From Vibrio vulnificus CMCP6 (lineage in GTDB: Bacteria; Pseudomonadota; Gammaproteobacteria; Enterobacterales; Vibrionaceae), in the NCBI RefSeq assembly GCF_000039765.1, contig NC_004459.3:2631127-2663126 (forward strand): a stretch of DNA of 32,000 nt, read 5' to 3'. Below the pieces are notes generated by a model. It was given only the letters and a program-made list of their open reading frames with translations. It ran no database searches and had not been told where the DNA came from. Positions 1 to 6,341 of the stretch are shown here, piece after piece; position 1 is the stretch's first letter; every line of letters begins with the position of its first letter. The position numbers were made by a program, and so were the translations under genes.

Positions 1-1
1 C

Positions 2-940
2 TACGGTTTACCGTGGCCATGCTGGGGCACTCCAGAAATGAAGCACCCGGGAACCCACATTCTTTACGATACATCGAAACCTGTTGCACAGGGTGGTGGT
101 ACCTTCCGTACACGTTTCGGCGTTGAGTTTGAAGGCAAGAGTCTGCTGGCCGATGGCAGCTACTCGAAAGACAGTGACATTCAAGATGGCTACCCAGAGT
201 TCAGTGACAAACTGCTAAAACAACTGGGTTGGTGGGACGATCTGACTGCAGAAGAGAAAGTGCTCGCGGAAGGCAAAAACTGGAAAACCGACCTTTCAGG
301 GGGTATCCAGCGTGTTGCCATCAAGCATGGCTGTATTCCTTTTGGTAACGGTAAAGCACGGACTATCGTGTGGGAGTTCCCAGATCGTGTGCCTCTGCAT
401 CGTGAGCCTCTTTACACGCCACGTCGTGATTTGATTGCCGATTACCCAACATGGGATGACGCAGCTTCAATCTACCGTCTGCCAACGCTGTATAAGTCGA
501 TTCAAGACCAAGATAAGTCGCAAGAGTATCCGATCATCCTCACTTCTGGCCGCTTGGTGGAATACGAAGGGGGCGGTGAAGAAACCCGTTCGAACCCTTG
601 GTTGGCAGAACTGCAGCAAGAAATGTTCGTGGAAGTAAACCCGAAAGACGCCAACGATTTGGGCTTCAAAGATGGCGACATGGTTTGGGTTGAAGGGGCA
701 GAGAAAGGCCGTATTCATGTTAAAGCCATGGTGACACGCCGTGTTAGACCAGGAATGGCATTCATTCCATTCCACTTTGGCGGCAAGTTCCAAGGTGAAG
801 ACTTACGCAACAAGTACCCAGAAGGTACGGATCCGTACGTGATTGGTGAATCAGCAAACATCGCCACCACCTACGGTTACGATCCTGTCACTCAGATGCA
901 GGAAACCAAAGTCACCCTCTGTAACATTCGTAAAGCGTAA
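2..940 (+). CDS. fdhA: Formate dehydrogenase catalytic (molybdopterin) alpha subunit, C-terminal ~312 aa; the 5' end lies outside the window
   Basis: The reading frame is open from the window edge (pos 2: YGLPWPCWGTPEMKHPGT...), so the ATG at 38 is internal. The C-terminal molybdopterin-binding-type sequence is present (ILTSGRLVEYEGGGEETR, MQETKVTLCNIRKA). It is followed directly by FeS and cytochrome b subunits. Confidence 0.85.
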   Translation, partial: YGLPWPCWGTPEMKHPGTHILYDTSKPVAQGGGTFRTRFGVEFEGKSLLADGSYSKDSDIQDGYPEFSDKLLKQLGWWDDLTAEEKVLAEGKNWKTDLSGGIQRVAIKHGCIPFGNGKARTIVWEFPDRVPLHREPLYTPRRDLIADYPTWDDAASIYRLPTLYKSIQDQDKSQEYPIILTSGRLVEYEGGGEETRSNPWLAELQQEMFVEVNPKDANDLGFKDGDMVWVEGAEKGRIHVKAMVTRRVRPGMAFIPFHFGGKFQGEDLRNKYPEGTDPYVIGESANIATTYGYDPVTQMQETKVTLCNIRKA

Positions 941-951
941 GGAGTCTTGAA

Positions 952-1560
952 ATGGCTAGAATGAAATTCCTCTGCGACACCAAACGCTGCATCGAATGCA
1001 ACGGTTGTGTGACCGCTTGTAAAAATGAAAACGACGACGCATTAGAGTGGGGCATTCAGCGCCGCCGCGTTGTTACCTTGAACGATGGTGAACCGGGCGA
1101 AAACTCCATCTCAGTGGCCTGTATGCACTGTACCGATGCCCCTTGTATGGCGGTTTGTCCTGCAGACTGTTTTGAACATACCGAAGATGGCATTGTGCTC
1201 CACAACAAAGATCTGTGTATTGGTTGTGGTTACTGCCTGTTTGCTTGCCCATTTGGTGCGCCTCAGTTCCCGAAACAAGCCTCATTTGGCGAGCGTGGCA
1301 AAATGGACAAATGCACCTTCTGCGCCGGTGGTCCAAACACCGAACCGGGCTCAGAAGAAGAGCGTCTGAAGTATGGTGCCAACCGTATCGCAGAAGGCAA
1401 ACTGCCAATGTGTGCTTCGCTGTGTTCAACTAAGGCCCTCTTGGCAGGTGATGCAGAGAAAATCTCCGACATCTTCCGTCAACGTGTCGTGGAACGTGGT
1501 GCAAAAGAGGCCGGTTGGACCAACGGTGAAGATCTATCCTACGATGCAACTCGCAGCTAA
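952..1560 (+). CDS. fdhB: Formate dehydrogenase iron-sulfur (4x[4Fe-4S] ferredoxin-type) beta subunit
   Basis: AAGGAG sits 7 nt before the ATG. There are multiple CxxCxxCxxxCP clusters (CIECNGCVTAC, CMHCTDAPCMAVCP, CIGCGYCLFACP, CTFC...C). Its position between the alpha and cytochrome b subunits fits. Confidence 0.9.
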   Translation: MARMKFLCDTKRCIECNGCVTACKNENDDALEWGIQRRRVVTLNDGEPGENSISVACMHCTDAPCMAVCPADCFEHTEDGIVLHNKDLCIGCGYCLFACPFGAPQFPKQASFGERGKMDKCTFCAGGPNTEPGSEEERLKYGANRIAEGKLPMCASLCSTKALLAGDAEKISDIFRQRVVERGAKEAGWTNGEDLSYDATRS

Positions 1561-1574
1561 GTTTGGAGAGAGTC

Positions 1575-2633
1575 ATGTTACAAGCGCTTAAACGTGGTTC
1601 TCTTGCAGTACTGTCTTTTTGGACAGTACTGCTGTTGACCTTAAGCTTTACCACGGTGGCACAAGAAAAAGAGAACTCTGTCGATCAAACGGAAATGACG
1701 CAATTAGCCGGGGCCGATTTTTGGCGTCAAGTTAGGGCAGGTGAGGCGGGTTACACCACGTCGACCTTTCCTGAGCACGGCGTGCTTATCAGTACCCCAG
1801 GTCAAACTTGGTATCTGTTAAAAGAAAAATGGATGTCGCCTGCCGGAGCAATCGCCATTTTTGGCAGCATTGCGATGGTGATCATGGCGTATGTGTTTGT
1901 TGGCCCTTTGATGCTCAGCAAACCTCGCACAGGGAAAAAGATCAAACGCTGGTCACGATGGGATCGCGCGCTTCACTGGAGCATGGCGTTTACCTTTCTC
2001 ACCCTTGCGTTTAGCGGTTTGATGTTGGTGTATGGTAAGCACTTCTTAAAACCTTACGTTCCTTCTGAAATTTGGGGTTTTGTTATTCTGCTTGCCAAGC
2101 AATACCACAACTACATGGGGCCATTGTTCTTCATTTTGCTGACCTTTATCTTGCTGAAATGGTGGCGTAAATCCATTCCAACAATGACGGATGTACGTTG
2201 GTTTATGAAGCTCGGTGGCATGGTAGGCAAACACAAAGGCACCCATCCATCGGCAGGTTTTTCTAACGGTGGTGAGAAAGCGATCTACTGGTTATTGATT
2301 TTCTTTGGTGTGTTTGTCGCGGCCAGTGGCCTGATCCTAGATTTCCCAATCTTTGGTCAAACACGCCGTGATATGGAGCTTTCTAACCTTGTGCACATGA
2401 TTTCGGCTTTGATCCTTATCTGCGGATTTATCTTCCATATCTACATTGGCTTGTTTGGCATGGAAGGGGCACTCGAAGGCATGGTGACTGGTGAAGTGGA
2501 TGAAACATGGGCTAAAGAACATCATGATTTGTGGTATGCAGAAATGATGGAGAAAGAGCAGCAGAGCGGCTCTCAACCCTCTAGCACCAACGAGCAAGCG
2601 AAGGTAGGAGGTCATCGTGAACAAACCTCATAA
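1575..2633 (+). CDS. fdhC: Formate dehydrogenase cytochrome b (membrane anchor) gamma subunit with an N-terminal signal/periplasmic extension
   Basis: The track ORF starts at a TTG at 1563. I prefer the ATG at 1575 (MLQALKRG...), which has GGAGAG just upstream. The protein has multiple hydrophobic helices with conserved His residues (HWSMAF, HNYMGP, HMISALILICGFIFHIYIG), typical of FdnI-like cytochrome b. Operon context supports the call. Confidence 0.8.
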   Translation: MLQALKRGSLAVLSFWTVLLLTLSFTTVAQEKENSVDQTEMTQLAGADFWRQVRAGEAGYTTSTFPEHGVLISTPGQTWYLLKEKWMSPAGAIAIFGSIAMVIMAYVFVGPLMLSKPRTGKKIKRWSRWDRALHWSMAFTFLTLAFSGLMLVYGKHFLKPYVPSEIWGFVILLAKQYHNYMGPLFFILLTFILLKWWRKSIPTMTDVRWFMKLGGMVGKHKGTHPSAGFSNGGEKAIYWLLIFFGVFVAASGLILDFPIFGQTRRDMELSNLVHMISALILICGFIFHIYIGLFGMEGALEGMVTGEVDETWAKEHHDLWYAEMMEKEQQSGSQPSSTNEQAKVGGHREQTS

Positions 2634-3045
2634 GGGTATTTGGATTGCTTACATCCTCAGCTGTTTAACACCATTTACTTTCTTACTCTCTGGTGTTATC
2701 GCGATTGTTTATGCAGGGTATCGATTGGATAAAAACCAAGATGGTGACGTTGTTAATTCACACTACTATGGATTAATTCGAACCTTCTTCCTTTATCTCA
2801 CGTTTTTCGTTGTCTTGATCGTCACCGTAGCAACCTCGAACGGTGTACTGGTCGGCGTCAGTGAATACTGGGTCAACAGTACGGTTTTGGACAATGTACT
2901 CAACAGCGTTGCCTACGCGATTCCCTACGTGGGTATGCTGTTTGCAGCGCTAGCGATATTGGTTTGGTTCTTGCGCATGTACCAAGGCATGGTTCAGCTA
3001 AGCAACAATCAACCGCATAGACCATCGACAGGTCCAAACTTATAG
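2617..3045 (+). CDS. Small polytopic membrane protein of unknown function (142 aa), last gene of the fdh transcription unit
   Basis: The GTG start at 2617 is preceded by a strong AGGAGG (about 2605-2611). It overlaps the fdhC end by 17 nt. I see three or four hydrophobic segments. A terminator follows directly. Confidence 0.6.
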   Translation: MNKPHKGIWIAYILSCLTPFTFLLSGVIAIVYAGYRLDKNQDGDVVNSHYYGLIRTFFLYLTFFVVLIVTVATSNGVLVGVSEYWVNSTVLDNVLNSVAYAIPYVGMLFAALAILVWFLRMYQGMVQLSNNQPHRPSTGPNL

Positions 3046-3071
3046 AAAAGAGCAAACCGAGAAATAGCAAA

Positions 3072-3096
3072 ATCCCCTCAACTGAGGGGATTTTTT
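3072..3096. terminator. Bidirectional Rho-independent terminator between the convergent fdh unit and the hydrolase gene
   Basis: Stem CCCCTC (3074-3079), loop AACT, stem GAGGGG (3084-3089). A T-run follows at 3091-3096 on the plus strand, and a T-rich run follows on the minus strand. Confidence 0.8.
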
Positions 3097-4616
3097 CAAT
3101 GTCCTCCGCAATGATGCCAGATTTTTTGTGCACTCAACTCATACGTACCAGTAAGCTGTTCGGTCTTAAGGTACCGTTTTTCATCATCGCTATACCCAGA
3201 TTGTATCGCTACCAGTTCACTGAAAGACCCGGTACCAGCACACTTAAGGTACCCACCTTCTATGTGCGGGCTGACATCTCTGTCATCAATATCATACTCT
3301 CGTCCAAATCGATCGGTAACCACGAGTTTAGCGGTAAGATCGAAGGGCGCTTCAAGATCGTAAATGCCTGCAATTTCACCCAACAGAAAAGATCCCGCTG
3401 GCGGAATAGCAAGGCATTCTTGCACTTGAAGGTGATACGGCTGTTGGCCATCAGGTATGGTGAGCGGAATAAGTACAGGGTTCTTCTTGGAGACAACAAG
3501 TTCTCTCTCACTAGTGATATAAGGACTACCAGCATCTTCAACCGCTCGATAGTAGTTACCACATGCACCATAGAAATCGAAAAAATAATCTACGTTCGAT
3601 AAGCCACAATAGTCCCTGCTTTCTAAACTGTCGACAAAGGCAATTTTCGGTGGGCGATGCGCTTTCAAGTAGTTTTCTGAGTATTCGAAGCGAATATCAA
3701 ATAAGTAATCTTCCATTGCTGGAGATTTGACGCTATCCAGCGCTTTGTCTACCGCGTCTTTGATCATCTGTTTGGTTTGTTGATTGGTAAGATATATTTC
3801 CACCAATCCATGTCCCAAACTATCTTTATCGCTTGTCGGGATACTTATGTTTGGAAACGGTACTGAACCAATTCCAGTAAAGTTCAATCCGTTTATGACA
3901 TGATCTTTGTCCGATAGAATGTAGTCGCCGTTAAGCGTCGGAGAAGCGGGGGCAATATGGATAACTTTAATATTCGTTTCATCATAGCCCAAACGCTGAT
4001 TGACATAATGGAATGACTCATTTACCCAAAGGTTGCCCTGTGAATGGGCCAAATAAATCAGTTTTTTACCTTGCCAAGTCTGTGAGTCATTACGAAGACG
4101 ATGTTTCATTCGAACCTCGTCAGTGTTGATATCACTCCCCGCCAAAGACGCCAAACCTTCCAAAAACTCATGAATAATCTCGTTGATACCTCGGCTTAAG
4201 GTATCATTCACGAAGGCAAGGAAACCTTTTACTAGTGAGTCAATTTTTTTAATGATTGGGCTGTTATTTCTACCGCTTACGACATCCCAAAAAGCTTCCC
4301 ATCGCTCAAACTGCTTTTGCTCCAGCTCGTTAGTTCGTTGATCGAAGGTCTCAGCAAAGTCGGCTAGTACATCAATCCCCCTTTCTTTGTAATTGGAGTC
4401 GTTGTAGAACAGAGCGTATTCAACCGGTTGACCTCGATATTGTTGGATGGCAAGAGTACTTTTTATCTCTTTCAATCCCAAAGATGCTTCTTTTCGTGAG
4501 GTTGCAACTCCGTTAAAAAAAGCGATAGTGTAACCTTGAATTTGGCAAGAACTTGCTATTACTTCAGTCGACAGAAGAGATAGCAGTAATGGAGATAAAG
4601 CAAAATATTTACTCAC
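3096..4616 (-). CDS. Exported two-domain serine hydrolase (alpha/beta-hydrolase, lipase/esterase-like N-terminal half; unknown Cys-containing C-terminal half), 506 aa
   Basis: GTG start at 4614-4616 with GGAGG (4627-4631) 9 nt upstream, and an 8-nt overlap with the upstream lipoprotein stop. Signal peptide MSKYFALSPLLLSLLSTEVIASS. IAFFNGV strand. Nucleophile elbow A-H-S-Q-G (Ser192, nt 4035-4049). Candidate Asp/His residues in SDKDHV and DSLGHG. Six Cys in the mature part. No family is assignable by eye. Confidence 0.7.
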   Translation of the reverse strand: MSKYFALSPLLLSLLSTEVIASSCQIQGYTIAFFNGVATSRKEASLGLKEIKSTLAIQQYRGQPVEYALFYNDSNYKERGIDVLADFAETFDQRTNELEQKQFERWEAFWDVVSGRNNSPIIKKIDSLVKGFLAFVNDTLSRGINEIIHEFLEGLASLAGSDINTDEVRMKHRLRNDSQTWQGKKLIYLAHSQGNLWVNESFHYVNQRLGYDETNIKVIHIAPASPTLNGDYILSDKDHVINGLNFTGIGSVPFPNISIPTSDKDSLGHGLVEIYLTNQQTKQMIKDAVDKALDSVKSPAMEDYLFDIRFEYSENYLKAHRPPKIAFVDSLESRDYCGLSNVDYFFDFYGACGNYYRAVEDAGSPYITSERELVVSKKNPVLIPLTIPDGQQPYHLQVQECLAIPPAGSFLLGEIAGIYDLEAPFDLTAKLVVTDRFGREYDIDDRDVSPHIEGGYLKCAGTGSFSELVAIQSGYSDDEKRYLKTEQLTGTYELSAQKIWHHCGGH

Positions 4617-5214
4617 AATATTTGGCCTCCGGATTCAGCAGTGTTCCCCCAGAGCCATTGAGTAATCGATTATAGGCAAGAAAAGCAAGTGTGCGTTCCT
4701 TAGTATTGTAGGTTAAGGCAGTGATCGTCCTAGACGTTTGAGTAATATCCCTTACTTGAACTCCAACAAATTCATAACACGCGATAACTTTAAAATCTTC
4801 TTTTGCTATTTCAAGCGCTTTGTGTTCATTTTCCTCTGTGTTATCACTAAAGTCATAGTGGAGATTTTCTTGAGTGCTTCTTGCGTCCTTTTTGAGAGCC
4901 TTACGAACAGGCTCTGTTACTTCTAACACATCAATAAACGCTTCGATATCATCTCGAATGCCATCTTGGTTAGTATCTGGTCCTGTCAACGAGTCAGAGC
5001 GATCTAACAAAGGCTCATAGCGTTCATAAATCACCGTTAGCTGGTCGTTAATGGTTTTCTGACTCTTTAGTGTTGCAATAAGCTCATCTGTTTTTTCAAT
5101 TTGAATGGATGGCGTTGCCGTAGCTGGGGAAGGTGATGTAGAGCGGCTTTCGCCGGATGAGTTACAACCAGCAACGCTGGCTACAACTAGCATTGTAATT
5201 AGAGTACGTGTCAT
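4609..5214 (-). CDS. Lipoprotein, copy A (201 aa), translationally coupled to the hydrolase
   Basis: ATG at 5214 with GAGG about 7 nt upstream. Lipobox VAG|C in MTRTLITMLVVASVAGCNSS, with Asn at +2. An S/T/P-rich linker follows. EF-hand-like loop DTNQDGIRDDIE. The TAA stop (4609-4611) lies inside the hydrolase start region. Confidence 0.8.
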   Translation of the reverse strand: MTRTLITMLVVASVAGCNSSGESRSTSPSPATATPSIQIEKTDELIATLKSQKTINDQLTVIYERYEPLLDRSDSLTGPDTNQDGIRDDIEAFIDVLEVTEPVRKALKKDARSTQENLHYDFSDNTEENEHKALEIAKEDFKVIACYEFVGVQVRDITQTSRTITALTYNTKERTLAFLAYNRLLNGSGGTLLNPEAKYCE

Positions 5215-5259
5215 TGTTATGCCTCAAGTAAACTAAGAAGCATGTAGTGTAAGTAGATG

Positions 5260-5288
5260 ATTTTAATAATGATAATTATGATTTTCTA
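5260..5288 (-). promoter_or_regulatory. Putative sigma70 promoter (TAGAAA-N17-TAAAAT) with an embedded Fur-box-like operator, upstream of lipoprotein copy A
   Basis: On the minus strand the -35 is TAGAAA (5283-5288) and the -10 is TAAAAT (5260-5265). The 19-mer AATAATGATAATTATGATT (5265-5283) matches the Fur consensus GATAATGATAATCATTATC at 15/19 positions by hand alignment. Confidence 0.5.
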
Positions 5289-5343
5289 TAAGGAAATTAG
5301 AATTCGTTATTAACTAATTGAAGGCACAGTTGGTGCCAACTTC

Positions 5344-5949
5344 TCACTCACAATATTTTTCCTCTGGAGAAAGCAGCGTAGAGCCAGTGCCGCTCAACAA
5401 TCTGTTATATGCTAAGTAAGCTAAAGTTCTTGCCTTTGTGTTATACGTTAACGCTCTAACTGTTCGAGAAATTTGCGTACTATCCTCAACGGGAACTTTT
5501 AAATAGTCATAGCAAGCAAGAACCTTGTTATACTTCTCGGATATCTTATAAGAAAGCCTTTCATTTTCATCAGTGGCACTTTCAAAGTCGTGGCTGATAG
5601 CTTCTTGGCTATACCGAGCTTTTTGCTTAAGTACATTACGAACAGGCTCTGCTACTTCTAACGCATCAATAAACGCTTCGACGTCATCTCGAATGCCATC
5701 TTGGTTAGTATCTGGTCCTGTCAAGGAGTCAGAGCGATCTAACAAGGGCTCATAGCGCTCATAAATCACCATTAGCTGGTCGTTAATGGTTTTCTGACTC
5801 TTTAGTGTTGCAATCAGCTCATCTGTTTTTTCAATTTGAATGGATGGCGTTGCCGAAGCTGGGGAAGGGGATGTAGAACGGCTATCGTCGGATGAGTTGC
5901 AACCAGCAATGCTGGCTACAACTAGCATTGTCATTAGAGTGCGTGTCAT
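5344..5949 (-). CDS. Lipoprotein, copy B (201 aa), tandem paralogue of copy A with a diverged central segment
   Basis: Same lipobox (VASIAGCNSS). The N-terminal ~105 aa are nearly identical to copy A. Residues ~106-160 are strongly diverged and the C-terminal ~40 aa are moderately conserved. It has its own copy of the upstream promoter region. Confidence 0.8.
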   Translation of the reverse strand: MTRTLMTMLVVASIAGCNSSDDSRSTSPSPASATPSIQIEKTDELIATLKSQKTINDQLMVIYERYEPLLDRSDSLTGPDTNQDGIRDDVEAFIDALEVAEPVRNVLKQKARYSQEAISHDFESATDENERLSYKISEKYNKVLACYDYLKVPVEDSTQISRTVRALTYNTKARTLAYLAYNRLLSGTGSTLLSPEEKYCE

Positions 5950-5994
5950 TGTTATGCCTCAAGTAAACTAAGAAGCATGCAGTGTAAGTAGATG

Positions 5995-6023
5995 ATTTTA
6001 ATAATGATAATTATGATTTTCTA
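5995..6023 (-). promoter_or_regulatory. Second copy of the same promoter and Fur-box-like operator, upstream of lipoprotein copy B
   Basis: The sequence is identical at offset +735: Fur-like 19-mer at 6000-6018, -10 at 5995-6000, -35 at 6018-6023. Confidence 0.5.
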
Positions 6024-6096
6024 TACCGTTATTAGTAGGTGTTATCGTGTTTGTATCAAAGCCGAATGATGGCATTTAACGTGAACCGATTGTTGT

Positions 6097-6113
6097 TGCA
6101 CGCAGAAGGTGCG
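6097..6113 (+). promoter_or_regulatory. NtrC-type enhancer-like palindrome upstream of amt
   Basis: TGCACGCAGAAGGTGCG has the form TGCAC-N7-GTGCg, 9/10 to the TGCAC-N7-GTGCA half-sites. Further GGTGCA and GTGCAC half-sites occur at 6122-6150. The site is about 140 bp upstream of the sigma54-like element. Confidence 0.45.
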
Positions 6114-6253
6114 CTTTCTTTTGGTGCAACTGAACTAATAAAGTGCACATTTACTTCAATTCAAGTTCTATCCCGAGCTAAGTATCGCTCTGCTAGTGAA
6201 ATAAATTACGTATATTCAATTGGATAGAATTTATTTATCAAATTGATAATAAT

Positions 6254-6269
6254 TGGAATGCTCCTTGCT
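6254..6269 (+). promoter_or_regulatory. Sigma54 (-24/-12) type promoter candidate for amt
   Basis: TGGAATGCTCCTTGCT has correct GG-N10-GC spacing and resembles TGGCAC-N5-TTGCW. It lies 100 nt upstream of the amt ATG. Confidence 0.5.
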
Positions 6270-6324
6270 CTATCTCACATTCGACGTATTTTCTCACCAA
6301 CATGGTGATATCAAACTTTACTGA

Positions 6325-6341
6325 TGCACAGGATAAGTGCA
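6325..6341 (+). promoter_or_regulatory. Perfect TGCAC-N7-GTGCA palindrome in the amt leader
   Basis: TGCACAGGATAAGTGCA lies downstream of the sigma54-like element and about 28 nt upstream of the ATG. Confidence 0.35.

Larger units (their letters stand above)
4609..6025 (-). repeat. Tandem duplication with a 735-bp period (unit A 4609-5290, unit B 5344-6025), each unit = lipoprotein gene plus its 76-bp upstream region
   Basis: Hand alignment at offset 735. Units 4899-5290 and 5634-6025 differ at roughly 19 positions that I counted in ~370 nt. The central parts (about 4740-4898 versus 5475-5633) are highly diverged. The units are separated by a 53-bp unique junction (5291-5343). Confidence 0.9.

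Noticed and set aside
3099-3602. Long ORFs antisense to, or out of frame within, well-supported genes. Examples: 467..793-, 1073..1429-, 3099..3602+, 3260..3571-, 6827..7150-, 9927..10256+, 11865..12176+, 12242..12562+, 20314..20694+, 20902..21213+, 29628..29927-, 30673..30957+.
   Set aside because: Each lies entirely inside a gene whose product has clear family motifs. They have odd compositions, no SD or start context that I could see, and no recognisable motifs. They are typical shadow ORFs.
3096-5949. The idea that the hydrolase is a T6SS Tle-type effector with Tli immunity proteins. Recalled V. cholerae synteny places tseL/tsiV1 not far from the pot genes.
   Set aside because: The hydrolase has a classical Sec signal peptide. 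No hcp, vgrG, PAAR or adaptor gene is in the window. I cannot match it to TseL by memory. I keep the toxin/immunity logic only as a T6SS-independent hypothesis.
3046-6100. Mobile-element hallmarks around the low-GC islet: integrase, transposase, tRNA attachment site, flanking direct or inverted repeats.
   Set aside because: I found none by eye. The only repeat is the internal 735-bp tandem duplication. The islet therefore cannot be called a mobile element from this window.
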